Part shown: in pieces, positions 29,570-38,800 of the stretch
Numbering within the stretch: the stretch's first letter is position 1
Layout: each line of letters starts with the position of its first letter
Assembly (NCBI GenBank): GCA_016217925.1
Contig: JACRFK010000005.1
Coordinates: 44,170-108,169, forward strand
DNA: 64,000 nucleotides
DNA from: Candidatus Kaiserbacteria bacterium
GTDB taxonomy: Bacteria; Patescibacteriota; Minisyncoccia; Phycocordibacterales; UBA2100
Direction of reading: 5' to 3'
The notes under the pieces: model-generated
Database searches by the model: none
What the model was told of the DNA's origin: nothing
Seen by the model: only the letters and a program-made list of their open reading frames with translations
Made by a program: the position numbers and the translations under genes

Positions 29570-30970
29570 ATGGATTTGTCGACACTAACGATTGCGGAGG
29601 CTCGTCGCGCATTGGACGCCAAAGAATATTCCGCGCTCGAACTTACGAACGCATATTTGGATGCTATTGCCCAGAAAGACGGAGAATTCCACGCATACCT
29701 AGAAGTATGGACTGATTCGGCACGTGAGGAGGCAAAGGCGGCGGATGCGATGATTGCGGCGGGCAAGTCGCAGCCGCTTACGGGAATTCCTATTGCGGTC
29801 AAGGACAATATGCTCATTGAAGGTCGTATCGTGTCGGCCGCATCGAAAATCTTGGAAAATTATCACGCCTCATACGATGCGACTGTCATTTCAAAATTAA
29901 AAGCGCAGGGCGTTGTATTTCTCGGCCGCACCAATATGGATGAATTCGCGCTCGGCAGCTCCACGGAAAATTCGGCCTATGGCCCCACCAAGAATCCGCA
30001 CGACACATCCCGCGTGCCCGGCGGCACCTCAGGCGGCTCGGCTGCGGCTGTGGCGGCAGGAATGGCGCTTGCCGCGCTCGGGAGCGACACGGGCGGCTCT
30101 ATCCGCCAGCCGGCGGCATTTTGCGGCGTCGTCGGGCTGAAGCCCACATATGGCGCTGTTTCCCGTTCCGGCCTTATCGCCGCAGCTTCCTCGCTCGACC
30201 AGATAGGCACGCTCGCGAAGAACGTGAATGATGCAAAAATCCTCTTCGATGCGATTCGCGGTCACGACGCGATGGACAGTACCTCTATAGAAAATCCGAA
30301 ATCCGAAATCCGAAACCCGAAAAAGCTTGGGGTGCCGCGGGAGTTTCTTACAGATTTGAATCCGGAAATACGGACGCAATTCGAGAGCACACTGCAGACG
30401 CTAAAAGATAAGGGATACTCGGTCACTGACGTTGCGCTACCGTCTTTGCAGTACGCGCTTGCGGTGTACTACATCATTAACCCTGCGGAAGTTTCTACGA
30501 ATCTCGCGCGGCTCGACGGCATCCGCTACGGGCTTTCCGTCCCCGCGGATGTCATCGGGGAAGTGTATTCAAAGACGCGCGCCGCGGGATTCGGCGCTGA
30601 GACACGCCGTCGCATCCTCGTCGGCACGTTCGTACTTTCTTCGGGATACGCCGATGCGTACTACCGCAAGGCGCGCTCGGCGCGCGAGCTTATACGCGCC
30701 GATTTTGCAAAAGCGTTTGAATCCGTAGATGCGATTGTCATGCCGACGACGCCATCTCCCGCATTTAAACTCGGCGAGAAAAATAATGACCCCGTATCAC
30801 TGTATCTCGAAGACATTTTCACGGTGCCTGTAAATCTCGCAGGAGTACCCGCAATATCGGTGCCTGGTGGCACCGTGGAGCGCGATGGAAAAAAGCTGCC
30901 TGTAGGATTTCAGATAATCGGTGCGTGGGGCGGGGAACAGACACTCTTTGCCATCGGCAAAGATGTCTGA
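29570..30970 (+). CDS. gatA: Asp/Glu-tRNA amidotransferase subunit A
   Basis: Amidase signature GGTSGGS, GSDTGGSIRQPA, RRRILVGTFVLS. Confidence 0.97.
   Translation: MDLSTLTIAEARRALDAKEYSALELTNAYLDAIAQKDGEFHAYLEVWTDSAREEAKAADAMIAAGKSQPLTGIPIAVKDNMLIEGRIVSAASKILENYHASYDATVISKLKAQGVVFLGRTNMDEFALGSSTENSAYGPTKNPHDTSRVPGGTSGGSAAAVAAGMALAALGSDTGGSIRQPAAFCGVVGLKPTYGAVSRSGLIAAASSLDQIGTLAKNVNDAKILFDAIRGHDAMDSTSIENPKSEIRNPKKLGVPREFLTDLNPEIRTQFESTLQTLKDKGYSVTDVALPSLQYALAVYYIINPAEVSTNLARLDGIRYGLSVPADVIGEVYSKTRAAGFGAETRRRILVGTFVLSSGYADAYYRKARSARELIRADFAKAFESVDAIVMPTTPSPAFKLGEKNNDPVSLYLEDIFTVPVNLAGVPAISVPGGTVERDGKKLPVGFQIIGAWGGEQTLFAIGKDV
30291..30320 (+). repeat. (AAATCCG)-type heptamer run inside gatA
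   Basis: aaatccg aaatccg aaatccg aaacccg, encoding ENPKSEIRNPK. Confidence 0.8.
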
Positions 30971-30983
30971 TCCCGCTAATGGC

Positions 30984-31074
30984 GCGTCGGCATCTGCTGA
31001 TGCCGACGTAAACCTCTCGCATCGGCCTTCGGCCAACACTCGACCTGCCTATGGCAGGCACACCCTCGTGTTGG
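30984..31074 (-). repeat. GAGCAC-loop structured repeat, diverged copy on the reverse strand
   Basis: Reverse complement aligns with 6876-6961 with compensatory stem changes (gtcggcatc-agca-gatgccgac versus gtcggaacg-agca-cgttccgac). Confidence 0.75.
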
Positions 31075-31093
31075 TTTAGGTTATAATCTCTCC

Positions 31094-31804
31094 ATGGACT
31101 CCAATCCCGCACCCGGCAGCTCAATAGGGTCGGCGCTTTGGTTTCTCGGCGAGGTCGCATTCAAGTGGATTCCCGGTGCGGTGGTAAGCATCGCAGGCAC
31201 CGGAGTCGCGGCGCCTTCGGGAGAAGCGTCACCATTCGCCACGCCCATTACGGCCCCAGTGACCGCTCCGCAGATCGTTCAGTATCTACAGACGGCGTCG
31301 GCGCCTGGAGCGTACGACAGACTTTTCCAACAGTGGAGCACCTTTGTCGCGTTCTCACTTCTCATCTCGTTGTTGCTGGGCGCGCTTTCGATCTACTGCT
31401 CGATACGAGTTTTTCAGATACGCCAGCTCGAAAGACGTAAATTTGCGGCGGCGCAGCGTACGGTCGTGGCGCATGATGTGCCGAAAACGCAGTTACGCTG
31501 GAACAGAATACTGGAACAAGCAAACAGTGATTCCGAGCAGTCGTGGCGGCTCGCGATACTCGAGGCAGACATCATGCTCAACGAGCTCCTCGATGTGAGA
31601 GGTTATAGGGGTGAGACGATGGCAGACAAAATGCGCGGCGTTGACCGCACGGATTTCAACTCGATCGATCTCGCGTGGGAGGCTCACAAGATCCGTAACA
31701 AGATCGCGCACGACGGCAGCGCGCACCAGCTCACGGCGCGCGAGACGCGTCGAGTCGTCGCTTTGTACGAAAGAGTGCTGAAAGAATCCCGCTTCATTGA
31801 GTAG
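31094..31804 (+). CDS. Conserved hypothetical membrane protein
   Basis: TM helix; WRLAILEAD..GYRGETMADKM..AWEAHKIRNKIAH; TATAAT 6 nt upstream. Confidence 0.8.
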   Translation: MDSNPAPGSSIGSALWFLGEVAFKWIPGAVVSIAGTGVAAPSGEASPFATPITAPVTAPQIVQYLQTASAPGAYDRLFQQWSTFVAFSLLISLLLGALSIYCSIRVFQIRQLERRKFAAAQRTVVAHDVPKTQLRWNRILEQANSDSEQSWRLAILEADIMLNELLDVRGYRGETMADKMRGVDRTDFNSIDLAWEAHKIRNKIAHDGSAHQLTARETRRVVALYERVLKESRFIE

Positions 31805-32480
31805 TTTGTCTTGCGAGTTCTTGAATCGACCCCAGAATTCTGCGCCGCAAAGCGGTTGCTCTACGAACCTTGATGCGAAGTGTGCCGAAGTGTTGCTCCG
31901 GGTCGGAGTATACCTTTTGAGAGCGCGCCTTAATCAGACTCGCCTTTGAGAACTGCGAAAGAGGAATCCCCGAAATTTTTGACCAGTATCGCTCGACATC
32001 CGCCACTCTATGGCGATGTTTTTGGTTGATAGATACACGAAGTATCAGGTCGGACAGAGGAATGTTATATATACGTCGGAGCCAAAGTACAAAAGAGCGG
32101 ATAATATCGGGGTTACTGTTAGTGAGCCCGCACTCCTCATTTCCACTCTTATAACCTTCACCCCAGTAGAGACCTATACCCAGTATGAATATGTCCCGCT
32201 GACTCAGGGAACCGATTGCCCGGGCGCCACGTCTCGACTCTACCTCCACAGCTTCAATGCGTGCAGTACGTTTTTTCTCCGCAGCCCGTAGGCGACCGAG
32301 GGCGCCGGCGTCGTTCCGCCTTTGGACAAGTGATTGTATCTGTTTGTCCGATAGCAAGATGTCCCGGCACCAGTAGCTCACGGTGCTTTTACTTGTCTTC
32401 AGCATCGTTGCGATTACTGCAATGCTTTCTCCCTTTACCCGCAAACCGCGTGCCTTCTCGCGAAGTCGGATGAAAGCCAT
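31794..32480 (-). CDS. HTH plus single-motif LAGLIDADG-like putative endonuclease, copy 1
   Basis: N-terminal HTH (SIAVIA..SKSTVSYW); LGIGLYWGEG.K..TNSNP; divergent from tRNA-fMet. Confidence 0.65.
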   Translation of the reverse strand: MAFIRLREKARGLRVKGESIAVIATMLKTSKSTVSYWCRDILLSDKQIQSLVQRRNDAGALGRLRAAEKKRTARIEAVEVESRRGARAIGSLSQRDIFILGIGLYWGEGYKSGNEECGLTNSNPDIIRSFVLWLRRIYNIPLSDLILRVSINQKHRHRVADVERYWSKISGIPLSQFSKASLIKARSQKVYSDPEQHFGTLRIKVRRATALRRRILGSIQELARQTTQ

Positions 32481-32564
32481 CCGAGCATGATAACACAAGG
32501 TTTCTGGATATCAGTCGGTTGTCCAGTGCTTGCATGCAGTGGCGTATACGTCTATACTCACAAA

Positions 32565-32868
32565 AGCGGGGTGGAGCAGTAGTAGCTCGCAAGGCTCAAT
32601 ATGGGCTCGTTCACGAGCAATTGTGAACGGAACACTTGTCAAATTCGGTGAAACCTCTCTCGTGCCACGAGGTGGCAATACCGAGCCAAGTCCCGCCGGC
32701 GGCGGGAAAGGTGTAGAGACTAGATGGCAGGCTCCCAGACGGATACTTGAAAAGTATCGTGAGGGATGAAGGTATAGTCCAGACCACGAATCCACTGGTA
32801 GTGGAGCGGCGAAAGCCGTAGCGGTATGCATAACCTTGAGGTCGCAGGTGCAAGTCCTGCCCCCGCAA
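32565..32868 (+). tRNA. Initiator tRNA-fMet(CAT), intron-containing (exons 32565-32596 and 32829-32868)
   Basis: Spliced anticodon arm caagg-ct-CAT-aa-ccttg; acceptor stem gcgggg/ccccgc with a 1:72 mismatch typical of initiators. Confidence 0.93.
32597..32828 (+). ncRNA. Group I intron (232 nt, no ORF) between U33 and C34
   Basis: Follows U and ends in G; P aaattcggtgaa, Q aataccgagccaag, R tagagactag, S aaggtatagtcc; P1 with a U.G pair and P10 can form. Confidence 0.93.
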
Positions 32869-33010
32869 CAGAATTGTGACGCTTGGAACTCGTTCCGTCA
32901 GGCGTCGAAAGTGCAAGAAGTCGGTACTATACCGACGGACCTAAAAGCTCAAAGGAACGACAAGGCCGCGATGAAAATCGCGGCTTTGTCGTGTTGCGGG
33001 TCAGGGATAT

Positions 33011-33685
33011 TTAGTTAGACTTGGAGGAGTTAAGGTTGATAGCTAAAGAATTTATACTTCCCACCGGTTCTCCACTTCGATTACACAGGCTGATTTTACC
33101 TGACATCCTATAAACTCCGGATAAATCGGTTAGGCTTCTACTGATTCCTGCAAGATGAACAGGTTCGCAGGAAGTCAAAGCTTCATCCGGTACTGCGGAG
33201 AATGCAACCGAATTATGAAAAGGAGTATGTCTTAGTTCTACGAAAATATCAAAGAAAGAATTCGCCGGAATATTGCTTCCCCCTATACCAACCGGCATAC
33301 GGACAAGCCGTTCGGCCACACCCGTACTTCGATTCGACTTACTGCTGTTGAGATTGACCGCTAAACCCCGTGATGTTGTGCCCGTTAAGCTCATACTTAC
33401 AATCTCTGTAGCCACATCCGGCAAACCATCGCTATCCACATCGCCAATCACAGAACCCTCGATTATTGCAGTTCCTTTCGCTTCAAATGTCTGGGCCAAA
33501 CGCTCATTAAAAAACTTCACTTTGCCCTTGACAACCATGTGGTATGAACTGATCCCCCTGCTAGGGGAGGTGGCGAAGCTTACGACGGGCGCTGCAAAAA
33601 GTACACCCGCGAGGAGAATCGACGCGAAAAAAGCAGCCCCAGAGGTCAAAAGCATCAGCGCTGTTGTCGATGGTCCGAACTTCAT
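33011..33685 (-). CDS. Hypothetical secreted protein, possible cargo downstream of tRNA-fMet
   Basis: 224-aa ORF with hydrophobic N-terminus; PANSFFDIFVEL; visibly more AT-rich than the core genes. Confidence 0.65.
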   Translation of the reverse strand: MKFGPSTTALMLLTSGAAFFASILLAGVLFAAPVVSFATSPSRGISSYHMVVKGKVKFFNERLAQTFEAKGTAIIEGSVIGDVDSDGLPDVATEIVSMSLTGTTSRGLAVNLNSSKSNRSTGVAERLVRMPVGIGGSNIPANSFFDIFVELRHTPFHNSVAFSAVPDEALTSCEPVHLAGISRSLTDLSGVYRMSGKISLCNRSGEPVGSINSLAINLNSSKSN

Positions 33686-33815
33686 GTAGTGCCAGCCTAA
33701 GGACTAATGTATCGGATGTCAAGCGAGAGAAAATCCTGTGACTATGGCGATTTAAGACCAGCGAACCAACCTGAAATCAGGTGCCAATCCCGTCGTATAC
33801 TTGCAACAAATACTG

Positions 33816-33997
33816 AAAAGGCTCCCGCATGTCGGGGGCTTTTTCAGTATTCGGATTGTGCGGGGAGCGAGGCAACTGCTTGCCTCGCCTGCGGACTTGC
33901 AAGGCGGAGCGATGCCGAGCTAGCAGGCGAGGCCGCGAGCCGGGGTCGCGAAATTTCCGAGCGGCGGCGAGGAAATATTTGTGACCATGTCCTGCCC
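33816..33997 (+). ncRNA. Structured element carrying an inverted copy of the tRNA-fMet 3' end
   Basis: tgcgggg (33859-33865), 25-nt hairpin, then gcggacttgca (33891-33901) are antisense to the fMet acceptor strand and T-arm; sense copy gtcctgccc at 33989-33997. Confidence 0.6.
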
Positions 33998-34090
33998 AAG
34001 CCTGCCCCCACAATGCACAGACGAGCGCACCAAGAGCTGCGGCAAGTGCTACCATTGCAGGACAGTCGGAGGAGATACCGGCCGGACATT

Positions 34091-34576
34091 ATGGACACAT
34101 CGGGAGAAAAACCATTTGCATTACTCAGGATTCTTTTCGGTGCAGTGTGGCTCGTTGATGCTGTATTCAAGTGGAATCCAGCATTTTTCGACGCTTTCAC
34201 GTCTTACGTCGTAGGAGGTACACAAAATCAGCCTCCTCTCGTGCAATCATGGATCGATCTGTGGGTGAATGGGGCAAACGTGGACCCATATTCTTTCGCC
34301 GTCGTTGTGGCGATTGGGGAAACTGCGATAGCGCTGAGTCTGTTGTTCGGCGTACTTACTCAGCTCGGCATCGCAGGCGGGATCGCGATGATGTTGGTCG
34401 TCTGGTCTACTGCCGAAGGATTTGGGGGGCCATATGTCGCGGGCTCCACCGACATCGGCGCCGCGGCCATTTACGTCATCGTTTTTGTCGCGCTCTGGTT
34501 CGGGCGTTGTTGGCGACAATACAGCCTCGATCCCTTAATAAGAAAATGGCTTCCGGTTTTGTACCAGCATTGGTAA
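34091..34576 (+). CDS. DoxX / TQO small-subunit-like membrane protein
   Basis: LRILFGAVWLVDAVFKW, GETAIALSLLFG, GSTDIG, YSLD. Confidence 0.8.
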   Translation: MDTSGEKPFALLRILFGAVWLVDAVFKWNPAFFDAFTSYVVGGTQNQPPLVQSWIDLWVNGANVDPYSFAVVVAIGETAIALSLLFGVLTQLGIAGGIAMMLVVWSTAEGFGGPYVAGSTDIGAAAIYVIVFVALWFGRCWRQYSLDPLIRKWLPVLYQHW

Positions 34577-34596
34577 GGCACAGATGGCGCTCCTTT

Positions 34597-34776
34597 TTAG
34601 GGCTCTTGCAGGGCGGCAAAGATGACCTCGGTCACCCCCAAAAAAGCGAATAACAGAAGCGAGAGCAAGAATTGTTTCCACGACCAAGTCAGTATCGCGT
34701 TGCCGGCAGAGTAGACAAGGAAGACGCCGGCCAATGCCAAGAGTACGGAGTTGGCCTGTAAAATGTGTCCCCACAT
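34597..34776 (-). CDS. Small two-TM membrane protein (59 aa), absent from the ORF track
   Basis: MWGHILQANSVLLALAGVFLVYSAGNAILTWSWKQFLLSLLLFAFLGVTEVIFAALQEP*. Confidence 0.6.
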   Translation of the reverse strand: MWGHILQANSVLLALAGVFLVYSAGNAILTWSWKQFLLSLLLFAFLGVTEVIFAALQEP

Positions 34777-34854
34777 GAATTAAAGCGTAGCACAAAAGAC
34801 ACAGGTGGGGATAATGAAATGGACGTACGTATACGCGCTATATACAATATCAAT

Positions 34855-35544
34855 ATGGCAAAATCGAAGGAACGAATCCAGGCGAAAGTTCTGCGTAACA
34901 AAGGCCGGAGCATTCTTTCTATCGCGGAGGAGTTGAAAGTCTCAAAAGCGAGCGTTAGCTCATGGTGTCGAGATATTGTATTAACTGAGAAACAGATCCA
35001 ATTACTCACAGAGCAAGGTCAGCAAGGCGCCCGTCGCGGACAGTTACTGGGGGCCGCTGTAAATCGAAAGAAAAAGGAAGATAGCATCGCTCGATATCGT
35101 CTTGACGCCCAAAACGAGCTCCATAATTTAACACCCCGAGAAGTTCTCTTGGCGGGACTGGGGATTTATTGGGGGGAAGGCATCAAGGGAACAGGTACGG
35201 TGGCGGTGACAAATTCAGACCCAAGAGTTATTTCTTTTATGCTCCACTGGTTTCGTAGCATGTTCGACGTGCCGAAAGAGATGTTCCGTCCCCAGATATT
35301 TATAAATGACACACATCGGCCCCGGGAGAAGACTGTTCGAAAGTTCTGGTCTACATTACTCGATATACCTGATGCGCAGTTTCGCAAAGTCGTTTTTATA
35401 AAAGTAAGGAACAAGAAGGTTTACGAAAACCACGATTCGTATTATGGTGTCTTAGCGCTTCGAGTCAGGAAGGGAACAAGTTTGAAGTATAGAGTTCTTG
35501 GTTATTTGGACGCACTCGGAGCACAATACAATAAGCCGACGTAG
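34855..35544 (+). CDS. HTH plus single-motif LAGLIDADG-like putative endonuclease, copy 2
   Basis: SILSIAEEL.VSKASVSSW; LAGLGIYWGEG.K..TNSDP; paralog of 31794-32480; its stop lies inside the tRNA. Confidence 0.65.
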   Translation: MAKSKERIQAKVLRNKGRSILSIAEELKVSKASVSSWCRDIVLTEKQIQLLTEQGQQGARRGQLLGAAVNRKKKEDSIARYRLDAQNELHNLTPREVLLAGLGIYWGEGIKGTGTVAVTNSDPRVISFMLHWFRSMFDVPKEMFRPQIFINDTHRPREKTVRKFWSTLLDIPDAQFRKVVFIKVRNKKVYENHDSYYGVLALRVRKGTSLKYRVLGYLDALGAQYNKPT

Positions 35545-35607
35545 CTCAACGGTTAGAGCGGAGCCCTCATAAAGCTCAGGTTACAGGTTCGATTCCTGTC
35601 GTCGGCA
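35535..35607 (+). tRNA. tRNA-CAT (probably elongator Met; Ile2 not excluded)
   Basis: GCCGACG/CGTCGGC acceptor stem; ct-CAT-aa loop; GGTTCGATTCC. Confidence 0.9.
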
Positions 35608-35650
35608 TTTCATTGAAAAATGAGTGATTTTCAAGTATTGTGTGCATGTT

Positions 35651-35724
35651 GCGGGTGTAGCTCAATTGGTTAGAGCACTCCCCTGTCACGGGAGAGGCTG
35701 CGGGTTCGAGCCCCGTCACTCGCG
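35651..35724 (+). tRNA. tRNA-Asp(GTC)
   Basis: ctccc-ct-GTC-ac-gggag; G73. Confidence 0.96.
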
Positions 35725-35733
35725 CTAGTGAGA

Positions 35734-35763
35734 CAAAAGGCCGCCTGAAAAGGTGGCCTTTTG
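35734..35763 (+). terminator. Rho-independent terminator after tRNA-Asp
   Basis: caaaaggccgcc-tgaaaa-ggtggccttttg. Confidence 0.7.
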
Positions 35764-35812
35764 CGCACAGGGCAAGCGAAGAGGGAAGCGCGCGGATGGT
35801 ACCATCGTATGT

Positions 35813-38800
35813 ATGGTAGAGCGTTCGCATCAAGGTCCTGGAAAAGGTCCTCTGGGAGGTCCGCGGGCATCTCAAGATCAACAACAAGTTGATGAGAAAG
35901 GAATAAAAAGCGACTTGGCCGTTCTCCTACGAAGTCTAGAAGACATGGAGAAACGTGTCGTGAAATCAGGTCAACAGGTTTTTTTCGGTACAGCTCAGCT
36001 CGGCCATCGTATCGAGACATTGCAACGTACTCACCAAGGCGGGACCCACGATGTGCGGATAATGTATGACGCACTTTTTGATGCGGGAGTTCCTGCGGCT
36101 GCTTTGGAGGATTTTGGCAGAAATGTTGCAAAGAGAGGAGTTCCAGACAACCAGCTCTTCAGCACAGGATACATAAAAGAAAAGTTCTTCTCCAAAGGAG
36201 TTATTTCCGAGGCAGGACTCAAATTCAACCCCGGCGAAGGCGGGGAAGCGTGGCTCAGTAAACATGTCCAAGAAGAGCTTGAAGGATTAAGAGGTTTCGA
36301 TCTCGGCGCTGCTTGCAAGGTCCAAGACCTCGCGAGGTCAATGGGAACACAGTATGGCAATTCAGCGGCGATGATGACGCGGCTCATGTTTGTATGCAGC
36401 GGTAACGAACCTGGTGCCGAAGAGAGATCCGTTCGCTTTTCCGATCCCGCCGAAAAGATAGGGCTCCTCGTCCGAAGTCGCCTTGCAGAAGCCCGTACAA
36501 AAGGGGTGAGAGAAGAAAATACGTTTGTGGAAGGGATGCAGATGTTTTTAGGCGTATACGCAGATATTACGGCGAAAGTTCTTCAAAACGCAAAACCGGA
36601 ACAGCAAGCAAATATACATGAGAGATCAAAAGCGATGCTTTCCAAGCTCCTTCAATCGGAACAACTTCGAGCGGCGCATCTGGACCCCGGCAAGAGTCCT
36701 CCCGACCCTTTCAGTATATTCAGCGAACTGTTGCGAGAGGAGGGCGCAATAAATCCTTGGGTTGTCGGTGACAGCACCGAGACACCTTTTGACATCGGCA
36801 AGTTCCACCTCCTAATCTCTCCGGACGTGCCGCGCGGGCTTGTTGCCGACGCTGTCTTCGTCCTCAACAACTACCAGGAGGCGTTACTTGCACAGGATGT
36901 AGCAAAAATCCCCGCAAGTGTGCAAAAGTATAAAGACAGACAGCGGCAGGCAGGTGCGAACGCGGAACTACCCTCGGGTCTTGATATAACGAAAGCACTT
37001 ACCAATGCAGCTTCACGCATATGCAGGTTGCGGGGAGAGAAATTCAATGCACCTAATCCAAAGGAGGACACCGAAGAAGTGCTGCGTCTTAAAAGACAAG
37101 AGTACGAACGAATAGTCGAGGATTTCGTGAGGCCACTTGGACGAGGCATTCCCCCCTTCTCAGCCCTCTTACGTATTGTAGACCCCAAGAAAGTCGTAAG
37201 AGACGGCCAGATTAGGGACGATTTCATTCCGCTGCTCAAGAGCATACCTAAATTTAGCGATACAGCGGAAGATGCAGATAAGGTTAGAATAGTCGCTTCT
37301 TCGGTAAAGACGTTCCTGGAAGATCCGGACCCTTACTTGGATGTTCCGCTTTTGGGCACAGAGGGTGATTATTCATTGCGCACGCTGCTCACTATCCGAG
37401 CCAATGAGTGGTTCGATAAGGAAATCCTTCTAAGAGGTCCCTACGCACATTCAGACAGGAAGGGAGCACCTCCGCCCGAGCCGCTCATTCCGCCGCGCGA
37501 TACATGGCGTGTCCCAAAAGAGCGTCTCGTAGAATTGGCGAAGAATTTCAATACCGCCGCGGGAGCAAAATGGTTGTGGGCCAGAGAGTGGATCGAGGAT
37601 GCTTGTAAGATTCTTCGAAGACTACCGAATAGTTATGAAAATATTCTCGGCTTCGCTTCGCGCGAATCAAAAAGGTACTACAAAATGCCGGGAGAATACG
37701 AAGTAGTTTTCTATGCAAGTGCGACCGACGCAATGAGCAACATTGTAGATAAATTATTCCCCAACATGGTTGCGGGAGATTATTTTATCGGCTCACCGCA
37801 GGAATACGAGAGTATGGCGGATCCCCTCATTCATAAGGGTGCCCGATTTGAAGCGGCATATATCAACGAACGAATCGGCGATACGCGCCGTACAAAGACT
37901 CCGGATCAATTTTATGATGACATAGTCCGCATCATCGAAAGTCCCAGGAAAGATGGGCGACTCCCGCGAGCAATCTTTCTTAGCAGCAAAACCCGCTTCG
38001 GTGATGCGGTTGGTGTAACGCCCCCCGAGCCGCGCCGCGTGCTTGACGAAAATGGAAAAGAAACCGGGGAAGAAAAGATGTTTTACACCCCAAACACTCA
38101 CGGGCTTTCCATGATTATTCAAAGACTCAAGAGCCGCTATCCTTCCGTGCCGGTTGCTGTCGACGGGTGTCAAAGCGTTGGCCGCAACGATCGCGACGAA
38201 GACCTCAGTCGTCTCGGCTGCGACATATTCATTAATAGTGGTGGCAAAGGTCCTGGTATCGAAAACGTTTCAATGGTCGCTATCAGAAAGGTTAGCCTGG
38301 AGCAACGGGACGATAAGGGAAATGTTGTCAGAAAGGACGGCAAGCCGGTTTTTACAACCCCGGAGCATCACTGGTTGGAACACATCACAGATGAGAAAGT
38401 CTTACGGAATCCAGAATCTGTATTGACCCCAGGCAAGGGGACCGTCGACATCAGTCGCGTCGCGGCGTTAGGTTTCGCGTTACAACTGCTCGATTCAAGG
38501 ATAGATACATGGAGCGTCATTGACCCTAGCGACAAGCGTAAGCAGCGTGACCGGATAGCCGATCATATGGGGGCGATGACTGAGCACATGCTGACGCGCA
38601 CACAGGAATATGCGGGGTCCCTATTTAAAAGATTGCAAACCGCCAATTTACCTTTTCCCATTCCAGATGAAGCGAGTCTTGCAAAAAATCCTGAATTCGT
38701 AAAACGTTTCGGTTGTCAGGTAGTCCATCCCGCTCATCAAAATATTATCGACTACGACGGAATCGTCACGCTGACCTTTCCCAATATCGGTACAGTCGAG

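Noticed and set aside
33707-34090. Long N-terminal extension of the DoxX-like ORF
   Set aside because: It runs through a terminator and the structured element; protein-like sequence starts at ATG 34091.
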